A DNA stretch of 64,000 bases, taken from positions 78,587 to 142,586 of the forward strand of contig JACJZG010000011.1 of NCBI GenBank assembly GCA_020635715.1, read 5' to 3'. A model generated the notes under the pieces. That model saw only the letters and a program-made list of their open reading frames with translations. It did no database searches and was not told the DNA's origin. The DNA is from Flavobacteriales bacterium (GTDB taxonomy: Bacteria > Bacteroidota > Bacteroidia > Flavobacteriales_F > PHOS-HE28). How positions within the stretch are numbered: the stretch's first letter is position 1; the number at the start of each line of letters is the position of its first letter. This document shows positions 19,579 to 34,753 of the stretch, piece after piece. The position numbers were made by a program, and so were the translations under genes.

Positions 19579-19606
19579 ACAGGGGCGCGAATGCTCGCGC
19601 CCCTGT
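19579..19606 (-). terminator. Hairpin downstream of rpoC
   Basis: acaggggcgcga atgc tcgcgcccctgt 12-bp perfect stem, 15 nt after the rpoC stop. There is no clear U-tract. Confidence 0.4.
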
Positions 19607-19620
19607 CACGTTGGTCATTA

Positions 19621-22600
19621 TCAGTCGTTCACCTCTTCGGAAGACACACTCTCCGCTTGGAGGCGTGCGTACTCCTCCTTGTTGGCCACGATGGAATTCT
19701 GGTAGGCGCGTGCACCGGTACCGGCAGGGATCAGGTGACCCACGATCACGTTCTCCTTCAGGCCCAGCAGGTGGTCCTCCTTCGCGCTCACGGCCGCCTC
19801 GTTCAACACCTTGGTGGTCTCCTGGAAGGAAGCCGCCGAGATGAAGCTGTCGGTCTGCAGCGAAGCGCGTGTGATCCCCTGGAGCATGATGCGCGCCGTG
19901 GCGGGTTTGGCCGGGCGGGCCTCCACCAGGGCGGCATCCTTGCGCTTCAGGGCGCTGTTCTCGTCACGCAGCTTGCGCATGGTTACGATCTGCCCCTCCT
20001 TCATGGTGGCGCTGTCGCCCGCGCTCTCCACGACCATCTTGTCGTAGACCGCGTCGTTCTCCTCCATGAACTCGGTCTTGTTCACGCTCTGCTTCTCCAG
20101 GAAGCGGGTATCCCCCGGATCCTCGATCTCCACCTTGCGCATCATCTGGCGCACGATCACCTCGAAGTGCTTGTCGTTGATCTTCACACCCTGCATGCGG
20201 TAAACCTCCTGCACCTCGTCCACGAGGTACTCCTGCACGCGAGTCGGACCCTGGATGTCCAGGATATCGCCCGGGCTGATGGACCCATCGCTGAGCGGCG
20301 CACCTGCCTTCACGAAGTCGTTCTCCTGCACAAGGATGTGCTTGCTCAACGGCACGAGGTAGAACTTCTTCTCGCCGGTGCGGCTCTCCACGATGATCTC
20401 GCGGTTGCCCCGCTTGATCTTGCCGTAGGAGATGATGCCGTCGATCTCGCTCACCACGGCCGGATTGCTCGGGTTACGTGCCTCGAACAGTTCCGTTACG
20501 CGGGGCAGACCACCGGTGATGTCACCACCCTTGCCGGAGCTGCGGGGGATCTTCACCAGCACATCGCCGGCCTCGATCTTCTTGCCATCCTCCACGATGA
20601 TGTGGGCACCCACCGGCAGGCTGTAGCTCTTCAGCTCCTCCTTGCCTTTGGGGTCCATGATCTTGATGGTCGGGTTCTTCCGCTTGTCGCGGCTCTCCAC
20701 GATCACCTTCTCGGCGAAGCCGGTCTGTTCGTCGATCTCCTCGCGGTAGGTCGCGTTCTCCTCGATGCTCTCGAACTCCACCTTACCGGCGAGTTCGGAG
20801 ATGATCACCGCGTTGTACGGGTCCCAGGTGCAGATGAGGTCGTTCTTCTTGATCGCCTTGCCGCCCTTGTTGTAGATCATGGCGCCGTACGGGATGTTGC
20901 TCGTGGTGAGCACGATGCCCGTGTTCGCGTCGATGATCCGCATCTCGGTGCTGCGGCTGATGACCACCTCGGCGTTCTCGCCCTTGCGGTCCTTCTTCGC
21001 CACGGTGCGGAGCTCGTCGATCTCCAGGATACCGTCGTACTTCGCGCGGATCTCGCTCTCCTCGGTGATCTTGCCGGCCACACCACCCACGTGGAAGGTC
21101 CGGAGGGTCAGCTGTGTTCCAGGTTCACCGATGGATTGTGCGGCGATCACACCCACGGCCTCGCCACGCTGCACCATGCGGCCGGTGGCCAGGTTGCGGC
21201 CGTAGCACTTGGCGCACACGCCCTGCTTCTGTTCGCAGGTGAGCACGCTGCGGATCTCCACCTCCTCGATCGGGCTGTCCGCGATCGCCTTGGCGATGTC
21301 CTCCGTGATCTGCTCGCCGCTCTGCACGAGCAGTTCGCCCGTCTGCGGATGGTACACATCATGTACCGCACTACGACCCAGCACGCGGTCGTAAAGGCTC
21401 TCCACGATCTCCTCGTTCTTCTTCAGTGCGGTGGCCACCAGACCGCGGAGCGTTCCGCAGTCCTCGTTGGTGATCACCACGTCCTGAGCCACGTCCACGA
21501 GACGACGTGTGAGGTAACCGGCGTCAGCGGTCTTGAGGGCCGTATCCGCCAGACCCTTACGGGCACCGTGGGTGGAGATGAAGTACTCCAGGATGGACAG
21601 GCCCTCCTTGAAGTTCGAGAGGATGGGGTTCTCGATGATGTCCTGTCCGCCGCCACCGCCGCTCTTCTGGGGCTTGGCCATCAGGCCCCGCATGCCGCTG
21701 AGCTGACGGATCTGCTCCTTGGAACCCCGGGCGCCGCTGTCCATCATCATGTAGATGGAGTTGAAGCCCTGGCGGTCGTTCTTGATGCGCTCCATCAGGG
21801 TGAAGGTCACCTTGCTGTTGGTGTGCGTCCAGATGTCGATCGTCTGGTTGTACCGTTCGTTATTGGTGATCAGACCCATGTTGTAGTTGCCTGTCACCTC
21901 GTCCACCTCGGTCTGGGCGGCCTTCACCAGCTTGTCCTTCTCGGCGGGGATCACCACGTCGTCCAGGTTGAAGCTGAGACCACCGCGGAAGGCGCTCATG
22001 AAACCGAGTTCCTTGATGTCATCCAGGAACTGCGCCGCACGGGCCGTCCCGGTCACCTTGGTCACCAGGCCGATGATGTCGCGCAACGCCTTCTTGGTGA
22101 GCACCTCGTTGATGAAGCCCACTTCGTTCGGCACCACCTCGTTGAAGAGGGTGCGACCGCAGGTGGTCTCGATCATGTGGGTCTTGCCCTCGGCGTCGGT
22201 CCAACGCAGTTTGATCCACGTGTGCAGATCGAGCTGGTTCTCGTTGTAGGCGATGATGACCTCCTCGGGGCTGTAGAAGGTGCGGCCTTCGCCCTTCATG
22301 GTGCGCTCCTTGTCGGTCTTGCGGCCCTTGGTGATGTAGTAAAGGCCCAACACCATGTCCTGGCTCGGTACCGCGATGGGAGCACCGTTGGCCGGGTTCA
22401 GGATGTTGTGGCTGGCCAGCATGAGCAGCTGCGCCTCCAGGATGGCGGCGTTGCCCAACGGCACGTGCACGGCCATCTGGTCACCGTCGAAGTCAGCGTT
22501 GAACGCCGTACAGACGAGCGGGTGCAGCTGGATGGCCTTGCCCTCGATCAGTTTCGGCTGGAACGCCTGGATGCCGAGGCGGTGCAGGGTCGGAGCACGG

Positions 22601-23916
22601 TTGAGGAGCACGGGGTGGCCCTTCAGCACGTTCTCCAGGATGTCCCACACCACGGGCTCCTTCTTGTCCACGATCTTCTTCGCGCTCTTCACCGTCTTCA
22701 CGATCCCCCGCTCGATGAGCTTGCGGATGATGAAGGGCTTGAAGAGCTCGGCCGCCATGTCCTTCGGTAGGCCGCACTCGTGCAGCTTCAGCTCGGGACC
22801 AACGACGATCACCGAACGTGCGCTGTAGTCCACGCGCTTACCGAGGAGGTTCTGGCGGAAGCGGCCCTGCTTACCCTTGAGCGAATCGCTCAGGGACTTC
22901 AGCGGGCGGTTGCTCTCGCTCTTCACGGCGCTGCTCTTGCGGCTGTTGTCGAAGAGGCTGTCCACGGCCTCCTGCAGCATGCGCTTCTCGTTCCGCAGGA
23001 TCACCTCCGGCGCCTTGATCTCCATCAGGCGCTTGAGGCGGTTGTTACGGATGATCACGCGGCGGTACAGGTCGTTCAGATCGCTCGTGGCGAAACGGCC
23101 ACCATCCAGGGGCACCAGCGGGCGCAGTTCGGGCGGGATCACCGGCACCACCTTCACGATCATCCACTCCGGGTTGTTGGAGCGGCGGCTGATCGCATCG
23201 CGGAAGGCCTCCACGACGTTCAGTCGCTTCAGGGCCTCGTTCTTCCGCTGCTGGCTGGTCTCGGTGTTCGCCTTGTGGCGCAGGTCGTAGCTCAGGCTGT
23301 CCAGGTCCAGACGCTTCAACAGGTCGTGCAGGGCATCGGCGCCCATCTTGGCCACGAACTTGTTGGGGTCCGCATCATCGAGGTACTGGTTGTCCTTGCC
23401 CAGCGTCTCCAGGATGTCGAGGTACTCCTCTTCGGTGAGGAAGTCCAGGTATTGGACCGCATTCCCCTCCTTGTTCATCGCCGTGCCGGGCTGGATCACC
23501 ACATAACGCTCGTAGTAGATGATCTGGTCGAGCTTCTTGGTGGGCAGGCCCAGCAGGTAGCCGATCTTGTTCGGCAGGCTGCGGAAGTACCAGATGTGCG
23601 CCACGGGCACCACCAGCTGGATGTGGCCCATGCGCTCACGACGCACCTTCTTCTCGGTGACTTCCACCCCGCAGCGGTCGCACACGATCCCCTTGTAGCG
23701 GATGCGCTTGTACTTGCCGCAGTGGCATTCGAAGTCCTTCACCGGACCGAAGATCCGCTCGCAGAAGAGGCCATCACGCTCCGGCTTGTAGGTCCGGTAG
23801 TTGATCGTCTCCGGCTTGATCACCTCACCGTGGCTGCGCTCGAGGATCTGCTCGGGGCTGGCCAGGCTGATGACGATCTTGTTGAAGTTGCTGTTCAGCT
23901 TCACTTCCTTCTTCAT
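19621..23916 (-). CDS. rpoC: DNA-directed RNA polymerase subunit beta'
   Basis: 1431 aa. [12 protein letters not shown] catalytic motif, zinc-binding [23 protein letters not shown], full-length collinear beta' blocks. Confidence 0.98.
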   Translation of the reverse strand: MKKEVKLNSNFNKIVISLASPEQILERSHGEVIKPETINYRTYKPERDGLFCERIFGPVKDFECHCGKYKRIRYKGIVCDRCGVEVTEKKVRRERMGHIQLVVPVAHIWYFRSLPNKIGYLLGLPTKKLDQIIYYERYVVIQPGTAMNKEGNAVQYLDFLTEEEYLDILETLGKDNQYLDDADPNKFVAKMGADALHDLLKRLDLDSLSYDLRHKANTETSQQRKNEALKRLNVVEAFRDAISRRSNNPEWMIVKVVPVIPPELRPLVPLDGGRFATSDLNDLYRRVIIRNNRLKRLMEIKAPEVILRNEKRMLQEAVDSLFDNSRKSSAVKSESNRPLKSLSDSLKGKQGRFRQNLLGKRVDYSARSVIVVGPELKLHECGLPKDMAAELFKPFIIRKLIERGIVKTVKSAKKIVDKKEPVVWDILENVLKGHPVLLNRAPTLHRLGIQAFQPKLIEGKAIQLHPLVCTAFNADFDGDQMAVHVPLGNAAILEAQLLMLASHNILNPANGAPIAVPSQDMVLGLYYITKGRKTDKERTMKGEGRTFYSPEEVIIAYNENQLDLHTWIKLRWTDAEGKTHMIETTCGRTLFNEVVPNEVGFINEVLTKKALRDIIGLVTKVTGTARAAQFLDDIKELGFMSAFRGGLSFNLDDVVIPAEKDKLVKAAQTEVDEVTGNYNMGLITNNERYNQTIDIWTHTNSKVTFTLMERIKNDRQGFNSIYMMMDSGARGSKEQIRQLSGMRGLMAKPQKSGGGGGQDIIENPILSNFKEGLSILEYFISTHGARKGLADTALKTADAGYLTRRLVDVAQDVVITNEDCGTLRGLVATALKKNEEIVESLYDRVLGRSAVHDVYHPQTGELLVQSGEQITEDIAKAIADSPIEEVEIRSVLTCEQKQGVCAKCYGRNLATGRMVQRGEAVGVIAAQSIGEPGTQLTLRTFHVGGVAGKITEESEIRAKYDGILEIDELRTVAKKDRKGENAEVVISRSTEMRIIDANTGIVLTTSNIPYGAMIYNKGGKAIKKNDLICTWDPYNAVIISELAGKVEFESIEENATYREEIDEQTGFAEKVIVESRDKRKNPTIKIMDPKGKEELKSYSLPVGAHIIVEDGKKIEAGDVLVKIPRSSGKGGDITGGLPRVTELFEARNPSNPAVVSEIDGIISYGKIKRGNREIIVESRTGEKKFYLVPLSKHILVQENDFVKAGAPLSDGSISPGDILDIQGPTRVQEYLVDEVQEVYRMQGVKINDKHFEVIVRQMMRKVEIEDPGDTRFLEKQSVNKTEFMEENDAVYDKMVVESAGDSATMKEGQIVTMRKLRDENSALKRKDAALVEARPAKPATARIMLQGITRASLQTDSFISAASFQETTKVLNEAAVSAKEDHLLGLKENVIVGHLIPAGTGARAYQNSIVANKEEYARLQAESVSSEEVND

Positions 23917-23966
23917 GTTCTCGCGTTGCTTGCTAGCGTTCGACGTTCAGTTGCTCACCGGGTGGG

Positions 23967-27788
<3,822 letters not shown>

Positions 27789-27848
27789 GAGTGCGGGATA
27801 AGGAGAACGTGTACGACCGTTCGGGCTACGGATCCGCCTTCTTTCTGC

Positions 27849-27946
27849 CGGACACCCGGGCTGGATCAGCGCCCGGGCATGCGTGGTGTCCGCCTGTAAG
27901 CGGACCGTCGATCACAGAACAGCCGGAAAGGCCCGCCGTGGGGCCT
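27849..27946 (-). promoter_or_regulatory. Structured rplL-rpoB intergenic leader (possible attenuator)
   Basis: Nested stems cggaca/tgtccg (27849-27854 with 27887-27892) around cccgggc/gcccggg (27855-27861 with 27871-27877). A second hairpin aggccc/gggcct lies at 27929-27946. All are within the 193-nt gap. Confidence 0.3.
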
Positions 27947-27981
27947 CTCCGTGCTGCTGTGACGCTAGCGCGTATGCGGTC

Positions 27982-28362
27982 TTACTTGACCTCAACCTCA
28001 GCGCCGGCTTCCGTCAGTTGCTGCTTCAGGCTCTCAGCGTCTTCTTTCGAAACGCCTTCCTTCAGCGGCTTCGGTGCGCCGTCAACGAGGTCCTTTGCTT
28101 CTTTCAGTCCGAGACCGGTGAGTTCCTTCACCAGTTTCACGACGGCCAGCTTGTTGGCGCCGCCGGACTTCAGGATCACATCGAAGCTGGTCTTCGCAGC
28201 TGCGGCGTCACCGCCACCTGCTGCTGCACCACCTGCTGCCACTGCCACTGCAGCTGCTGCCGGTTCGATCTTGTACTCCTCTTTCAGGTATTGAGCGAGT
28301 TCGTTCACCTCTTTCACGGTGAGGCCCACGAGCTGGTCGCCCAAGGATTTGATGTCTGCCAT
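27982..28362 (-). CDS. rplL: 50S ribosomal protein L7/L12
   Basis: 126 aa. [26 protein letters not shown], an Ala/Gly hinge and [23 protein letters not shown]. Confidence 0.95.
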   Translation of the reverse strand: MADIKSLGDQLVGLTVKEVNELAQYLKEEYKIEPAAAAVAVAAGGAAAGGGDAAAAKTSFDVILKSGGANKLAVVKLVKELTGLGLKEAKDLVDGAPKPLKEGVSKEDAESLKQQLTEAGAEVEVK

Positions 28363-28456
28363 TTTTCGGGTTTGTTACTTGTGTTCGGGGAAGCGGACTG
28401 TGCGTAACGCGTTTGGTCTTTTGTTGGGGCGATGCACGCATCGCCCTGGCCATCTC

Positions 28457-28987
28457 TTAGGCTGCTCGTTCTTCGAGGGTCTTGAGCAGGCCGGCGATCT
28501 TCTGGCCACCGCTGCCCTGCAGGCCGCTGATGACGTTCTTGATCGGGCTTTGGAGCAGGCCGATGATCTCGCCGATGAGCTCCTCGCGACCCTTGAGGTT
28601 GCTGAGCATCACCAGTTGGTCATCACCCACGAAGACGGCCTCATCGATCCAGGCGCTCTTCAAGGCGGGCTTATCCGACTTCTTGCGGAATTCGCTGATC
28701 AGCTTGGCGGGAGCATTGCCCTTCTCGGACATCAGCAGGGAGGTCTGGCCTTTCAGCGTGGGGATCACGCCGGTGTAGTCCTTGCCTTCCACGCTCTCCA
28801 TCGCCTTGCGCAGCAGGGTGTTCTTCACCACCTTCATGCGGATGCCGCTCTTGTGGCAGGCACGGCGCAGGTTGCTCGTCACCTCGGCGGTCATGCCGGA
28901 GGTGTCGGCGAGGTAGATCACGTTGGTGGACTTGATGTCCTCCACCAGCTCGGCGATCGCTTGGTCTTTTTCGGTACGGGTTGCCAT
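28457..28987 (-). CDS. rplJ: 50S ribosomal protein L10
   Basis: 176 aa with L10-like sequence, positioned between rplA and rplL. Confidence 0.93.
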   Translation of the reverse strand: MATRTEKDQAIAELVEDIKSTNVIYLADTSGMTAEVTSNLRRACHKSGIRMKVVKNTLLRKAMESVEGKDYTGVIPTLKGQTSLLMSEKGNAPAKLISEFRKKSDKPALKSAWIDEAVFVGDDQLVMLSNLKGREELIGEIIGLLQSPIKNVISGLQGSGGQKIAGLLKTLEERAA

Positions 28988-29007
28988 GGTGTTCGCTGGT
29001 TATGTGA

Positions 29008-29706
29008 TCAACCCACGGAAACGGTGCGGGTATCCACCTGCACGCCGGGGCTCATGGTGCTGCTGATGCTGATGCTCTTGATGTAGGCTCCCTTGGCGGT
29101 GCTGGGCTTCAGCTTCACCAGGGTCTGCAGGAGTTCGGTGGCGTTCTCGCTGAGCTTGTCCGCATCGAACGAAGCCTTGCCGATCACCGCATGGATGATA
29201 CCGGCCTTGTCCACCTTGAAGTCGATCTTACCGGCTTTCACCTCCTTGGTGGCCTTGGCCACATCCATGGTCACGGTACCGGTCTTCGGGTTCGGCATGA
29301 GGCCGCGGGGACCGAGCACGCGGCCCAGGGCGCCCACTTTCGCCATCACGGCCGGTGTGCAGATGATCACGTCCACGGACGTCCAACCGCCCTTGATCTT
29401 CTCGATGTAATCGTCCAGGCCGGCCATGTCGGCACCGGCTGCCAGGGCCTCCTCGCACTTGGCGGGATCGGCCAGCACCAGTACGCTCACCGTACGGCCG
29501 GTGCCATGCGGCAGGCTCACGGTACCGCGCACCATCTCGGTGCTCTTCTTGGGGTCCACGCCCAGGCGCACGGCGATGTCCACCGTGGCGTCGAACTTCG
29601 TGGTGCTCACCTGCTTCACGATCTGGGCCGCTTCCTGCAGGGTGTAGATCTTGGTCGTGTCGAACTTCGACAACGCGGCTTTACGCTTCTTGGTCACAGT
29701 TGCCAT
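29008..29706 (-). CDS. rplA: 50S ribosomal protein L1
   Basis: 232 aa. [11 protein letters not shown] and [16 protein letters not shown] blocks. Confidence 0.95.
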   Translation of the reverse strand: MATVTKKRKAALSKFDTTKIYTLQEAAQIVKQVSTTKFDATVDIAVRLGVDPKKSTEMVRGTVSLPHGTGRTVSVLVLADPAKCEEALAAGADMAGLDDYIEKIKGGWTSVDVIICTPAVMAKVGALGRVLGPRGLMPNPKTGTVTMDVAKATKEVKAGKIDFKVDKAGIIHAVIGKASFDADKLSENATELLQTLVKLKPSTAKGAYIKSISISSTMSPGVQVDTRTVSVG

Positions 29707-29717
29707 GGTCGTCGGGT

Positions 29718-30155
29718 TCAGAAGGGTTTGTCACCGGTCACGGTCACGCCCATGCTGCGGGCCGTACCCGCCACCATGCTCATGGCGCTCTCGATGGTGA
29801 AACAGTTCAGGTCAGGCATCTTGTCCTCGGCGATCGCCTTGATCTGCGCCCAGGAGATGCTGCCCACCTTGTTGCTGTGCGGAACGCCGCTACCCCCCTT
29901 GATCTTGGCGGCATCCATGATCTGGACGGCCGCCGGCGGGGTCTTGATGATGAAGTCGAACGACTTGTCGCTGTAAACGGTGATCACCACGGGCAGCACC
30001 TTGCCTGCCTTGTCCTGCGTGCGCGCATTGAACTGCTTGCAGAACTCCATGATGTTCACGCCCTTGGCACCCAGTGCGGGGCCGATGGGCGGCGAGGGGT
30101 TGGCGGCGCCACCCTTCACCTGTAGTTTCACGAGACCTGAGATCTCCTTGGCCAT
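29718..30155 (-). CDS. rplK: 50S ribosomal protein L11
   Basis: 145 aa. [34 protein letters not shown]. Confidence 0.95.
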   Translation of the reverse strand: MAKEISGLVKLQVKGGAANPSPPIGPALGAKGVNIMEFCKQFNARTQDKAGKVLPVVITVYSDKSFDFIIKTPPAAVQIMDAAKIKGGSGVPHSNKVGSISWAQIKAIAEDKMPDLNCFTIESAMSMVAGTARSMGVTVTGDKPF

Positions 30156-30242
30156 GGTTCTTGGTTTGTGTCCTTGTTAGCGCCTTCCTCTCGGTCAGCT
30201 CGGACGGGTTTGCATTTCGTTGGGACGGATCATGATCCGTCG

Positions 30243-30797
30243 TTACACTTCTTTCTCCACTTGCATGAAACTCAGTTCCAGCGGGGTCTTCCTGCCGAAG
30301 ATCTTCACCATCACTTTCAGCTTCTTCTTCTCCTCGTTGATCTCCTCGATCACACCGTTGAAGCCATTGAAGGGACCATCGATCACCTTCACGCCTTCAC
30401 CGACGTGGTACGGATTGAAGTTCGTCTCGACGTTCTCGGCCAGTTCATCCACGGTGCCGAGGATGCGGTTGACCTCGCTCTGGCGCAAGGGAACGGGATC
30501 ACCACCCTTCTCAGCACCGAGGAAGCCGATCACGTTCGGCAGGTTCTTGATGCTGTGCGCGATCTCACCGGTGAGGTCGGCCTCCATCAGCACATAGCCC
30601 GGGAAGAAGTTGCGCTCCTTGCTCACCTTCTTGCCGTCGCGGATCTGGTAGAACTTCTCCGTGGGGATCAGCACCTGCGCGATGTAGCTGCCCATCGATT
30701 TGGAGCGGGAAACCTCCAGTTCGATGGTCTCCTTCACCTTCTTCTCCTTGCCGGAGATGGCGCGGACCACATACCACTTCTTGCCGGTCTCTGCCAT
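30243..30797 (-). CDS. nusG: Transcription termination/antitermination factor NusG
   Basis: 184 aa. KKWYVVRAISGKEKKV at the N-terminus and a KOW-type C-terminus (VKVIDGPFNGFNGVIEEI). Confidence 0.94.
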   Translation of the reverse strand: MAETGKKWYVVRAISGKEKKVKETIELEVSRSKSMGSYIAQVLIPTEKFYQIRDGKKVSKERNFFPGYVLMEADLTGEIAHSIKNLPNVIGFLGAEKGGDPVPLRQSEVNRILGTVDELAENVETNFNPYHVGEGVKVIDGPFNGFNGVIEEINEEKKKLKVMVKIFGRKTPLELSFMQVEKEV

Positions 30798-30802
30798 GGT
30801 CG

Positions 30803-31033
30803 TTACGCGCCGATGAGTTTGTAGATGAAGCCGAGCATACCCTTCCAGAAGCTGGTCTCGTTCATGTTCTGCACCCCGAAGATGAAGTCCATGAGGAAGA
30901 CGATGAGCGACAGGATCAGGGCCGAGACCAGCACGATGATGGCACTGCTCTGCAGCTCCTTCCAGGTGGGCCAGCTCACCTTGTTCACGAGCTCGTTGTA
31001 GCTCTCGCTCAGGTATGTCTTGAAGCTTGCCAT
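30803..31033 (-). CDS. secE: Preprotein translocase subunit SecE
   Basis: 76 aa with a single TM helix after VSWPTWKEL, in the conserved position between tRNA-Trp and nusG. Confidence 0.8.
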   Translation of the reverse strand: MASFKTYLSESYNELVNKVSWPTWKELQSSAIIVLVSALILSLIVFLMDFIFGVQNMNETSFWKGMLGFIYKLIGA

Positions 31034-31049
31034 CGTTCGTCTTTCGTTC

Positions 31050-31125
31050 GGGTCGCTGTTGGCACGGGTGGCAGGAATCGAACCCGCAGCCTAAGGTTTT
31101 GGAGACCTTCGCTCTACCAATTGAG
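31050..31125 (-). tRNA. tRNA-Trp (CCA)
   Basis: Minus strand ACGGGTG TA GCTC AATTGGTA GAGC G AAGGT CTCCAAA ACCTT ... CACCCGT G CCA. Cloverleaf folded by hand; 3' CCA is encoded. Confidence 0.9.
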
Positions 31126-31218
31126 CTACACCCGTAGAGTTCCTTGTCCTTGGTCCTTTTCGGCGGCGAAGGCCGTCCGCCAAATGGCGGACGGCCCAGC
31201 CTCCGTTGGTCGTTGTTC

Positions 31219-32406
<1,188 letters not shown>

Positions 32407-32513
32407 GGTCGGTCGTTGTGTTGTTTCTGAGGTTCGTTTTCGTTCTGTTCCGATCCTTCTATGCTGTACGGGCCCGACCACATCGCTGCGGTCTGTAACA
32501 TCGGCGGCTTCGC

Positions 32514-32588
<75 letters not shown>

Positions 32589-32606
32589 CTGTGACTTCTT
32601 TGATGG

Positions 32607-32682
32607 TGGAGCGGGAGACGAGACTCGAACCCGCGACATTCAGCTTGGAAGGCTGATGCTCTACCAACTGAGCTACTCCCGC
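32607..32682 (-). tRNA. tRNA-Gly (TCC)
   Basis: GCGGGAG TA GCTC AGTTGGTA GAGC A TCAGC CTTCCAA GCTGA ... CTCCCGC T CCA. Confidence 0.9.
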
Positions 32683-32750
32683 ATGTCGATCGTGGGCCCA
32701 TTCCTTGCCACACCCCGAGGGATGTTGGCGATCGGCTCCGTGAAGAGTGA

Positions 32751-32836
32751 TGGTGGGGAGAGCAGGATTCGAACCTACGAAGCTGTGAAGCAGCAGATTT
32801 ACAGTCTGCCCCCGTTGGCCACTTGGGTATCTCCCC
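32751..32836 (-). tRNA. tRNA-Tyr (GTA), long variable arm
   Basis: GGGGAGA TA CCCAAGTGGCCAACGGG GGCAGA CTGTAAA TCTGC + long variable arm + TTCGAAT T-loop ... TCTCCCC A CCA. Confidence 0.9.
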
Positions 32837-32851
32837 TCTTCCGATTCACGG

Positions 32852-32924
32852 AGCCAATGGACGGATTCGAACCCCCGACCTGCTGATTACAAATCAGCTG
32901 CTCTACCAGCTGAGCTACATTGGC
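32852..32924 (-). tRNA. tRNA-Thr (TGT)
   Basis: GCCAATG TA GCTC AGCTGGTA GAGC A GCTGA TTTGTAA TCAGC ... CATTGGC T. One G-G mismatch in the T stem; CCA is not fully encoded. Confidence 0.85.
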
Positions 32925-32987
32925 CTGTACAACAGAAAAAGAACGTTTTCCACCCGCTCCGGAGCACAAGGTCCCGAATTGGGCCTG

Positions 32988-33018
32988 CAAATGTAGTAAG
33001 AATACGCACTGCTCCAAA
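32988..33018 (-). promoter_or_regulatory. Candidate Bacteroidota-type promoter of the tRNA-tuf operon
   Basis: The minus strand reads TTTG - 19 nt - TACATTTG, i.e. a -33 TTG and a -7 TAnnTTTG. It lies 64-71 nt upstream of the first tRNA 5' end and directly after the hpf terminator. Confidence 0.35.
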
Positions 33019-33022
33019 CGAA

Positions 33023-33048
33023 AAGGCCACGACTTTCATCGTGGCCTT
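33023..33048 (-). terminator. Rho-independent terminator of hpf
   Basis: Minus strand aaggccacg atgaaagt cgtggcctt followed by TTCGTTTGG. Confidence 0.5.
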
Positions 33049-33094
33049 CCCGGCGGATGTCCCCTTGGAGACAACCGTTACGTTCGCTACTGAT

Positions 33095-33400
33095 TCACAG
33101 TGCCTTACGGGGGCTTTCCTTGGCGCGGGTCACTTGGTTGCGCAAGGCCTCGACCGTGGTAATGGCGGCCTCCTCGAAGCTCTTGCCCTGCCGTTTGGCG
33201 AAAAGGTCGTTCCCAGGGACCGCCAGGCGGATCTCCACCACCTTGTTCTCCCGGTTCTCCCCATCGTGCTCCAGGCGCAGGAACACCTCGCCCGATAGGA
33301 TGCTGTCATGGAACTGGTTCAGCTTGGCCAGCTTCTCCTTGATGAAGCCGACCAGTTTGACATCAGCGTCGAAATGGATGGAATGCACGTTCACGTTCAT
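33095..33400 (-). CDS. hpf: Ribosome hibernation promoting factor / RaiA (short form)
   Basis: 101 aa. MNVNVHSIHFDADVKLVGFIKEKLAKL ... EAAITTVEALRNQV, the S30AE family pattern. Confidence 0.85.
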   Translation of the reverse strand: MNVNVHSIHFDADVKLVGFIKEKLAKLNQFHDSILSGEVFLRLEHDGENRENKVVEIRLAVPGNDLFAKRQGKSFEEAAITTVEALRNQVTRAKESPRKAL

Positions 33401-33434
33401 AGGACAGGTTCCGTTGGTTGTTGATGTGATGCCC

Positions 33435-34325
33435 TTACTTGCCCCCGCGCGGGTGGGCCTGGGCGTGTACTTTACGGAGTTTCTCCACTGTGTTGTGGGT
33501 ATAGACCTGGGTGGCGGCCAGGTTGGCGTGGCCCAGCAGTTCCTTCACCGCGTTCAGGTCGGCGCCATGCTCGAGCATATGGGTGGCGAAGGTGTGTCTC
33601 AACACGTGCGGACTGCGTTTGCGCTGAGTGGTCACCCCACTAAGGTAACGACTTACCAGCCGTTGTACGGAACGCCTAGCCAACGGTTCGCCTCCGGCAT
33701 CCACGAGCAGGGGGGCCGCCATGGCATCCGCTGCGCCAGTTGCCGTGCGACCCACGAGATAAGCCTTGAGCCTGTCCACCAGTTCGGGTCCGATGGGGAT
33801 GATCCGTTCCTTCTGGCGTTTTCCCATCACACGAAGGGTGCCCCGCCGCAGGTCGGCGTCGCCCACGGCCAGGCCGAGCAATTCAGCCAGTCGCATGCCG
33901 GTCTGGTAAAGCAGTTCGATGATCAGCCGCTCGGTGGCCCCTTGGTGGCCAGGCGGCCATTCCACCTCGTCCAGCAGTCGTTCCATGCCCTTCTCCTCAA
34001 CGAACTCCGGAAGTCGTTTCGGGGTCTTGGGCGGATCCAGGAGCGCCGTGGGGTCCGCTTCCGCCTCACCCACCAGCCTTGCGAAGCGGAAGAAGCCCCG
34101 CAATGCACTGAGCTTGCGGTTCACGCTTCGCGCCCCCACGCCTTCTTCCATCAACTGCATCATCCAGCGGCGGATGGTCTTGTCGGTGCCTTGTTGCAGC
34201 CGCTCCACCTCGAACCCGGCCAGGAAGGTCTGGAACTGCTCCAGATCGCGCCGATAGGCCGCCACCGTGTGCGGGCTGAAGCGCTTCTCGTAGGTCAGAT
34301 GGTCAACGTACCGGTCCAGCAGCAT
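33435..34325 (-). CDS. xerC: Tyrosine recombinase XerC/XerD family
   Basis: ATG 34325 gives MLLDRYVDHLTYEKRFSPHTVAAYRRDLEQF. C-terminal catalytic blocks HVLRHTFATHMLEHGADLNAVKELLGHANLAATQVYTH. ATG 34352 is an alternative start. Confidence 0.8.
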   Translation of the reverse strand: MLLDRYVDHLTYEKRFSPHTVAAYRRDLEQFQTFLAGFEVERLQQGTDKTIRRWMMQLMEEGVGARSVNRKLSALRGFFRFARLVGEAEADPTALLDPPKTPKRLPEFVEEKGMERLLDEVEWPPGHQGATERLIIELLYQTGMRLAELLGLAVGDADLRRGTLRVMGKRQKERIIPIGPELVDRLKAYLVGRTATGAADAMAAPLLVDAGGEPLARRSVQRLVSRYLSGVTTQRKRSPHVLRHTFATHMLEHGADLNAVKELLGHANLAATQVYTHNTVEKLRKVHAQAHPRGGK

Positions 34326-34498
34326 CACGGCTAAGGAACGCGGGAAGGGCATCCGCTCGTACCCGCCACGCGGCGGAGTTGTACGCGACCGACCTGTTAA
34401 TTGGGCGGGCTGGCACGGCAACAGCCGGCCATGCCGGCGCCGGAAATGAGAAAAGCCCCATCGCTGGGGCTTTCCGTGAGTTCACGTTGGCAACGACC

Positions 34499-34690
34499 TT
34501 ACTCCTCGTTCTTCTGCAAGGTCAGCTTGTAAGCCGCGCGGATGATCTCCTTGCGACGGGCCACAGACGGCTTCGTAAAGCTTTGGCGCTTACGCAGTTG
34601 ACGCATCGTTTGGGTGCGCTCGAACTTCTTCTTGAACTTCTTGAGCGCTTTGTCGATGCTCTCGCCTTCCTTGACCGGGATGATCAGCAT
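34499..34690 (-). CDS. rpsU: 30S ribosomal protein S21
   Basis: 63 aa. MLIIPVKEGESIDKALKKFKKKFERTQTMRQLRKRQSFTKPS. Confidence 0.93.
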   Translation of the reverse strand: MLIIPVKEGESIDKALKKFKKKFERTQTMRQLRKRQSFTKPSVARRKEIIRAAYKLTLQKNEE

Positions 34691-34753
34691 GGTCTGTTGT
34701 CCTTTTCGCTTAGGGGGTGCAAATATAAGGGTGAGAATGATCCCTGCAACACC

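Noticed and set aside
19591-22770. 1,059-aa ORF antisense to rpoC. Similar long antisense ORFs lie at 22780-24078, 24006-25814 and 25869-27182 (opposite rpoB/rpoC), 3065-4861 (opposite dnaK), 43931-45490, 45556-47241, 48592-49869 and 49975-51330.
   Set aside because: Each lies exactly opposite a highly conserved, unambiguous protein gene. Their translations are monotonous H/L/V/G/A/D/R-rich strings with no recognisable motif. This is the usual stop-poor shadow frame of GC-rich DNA.
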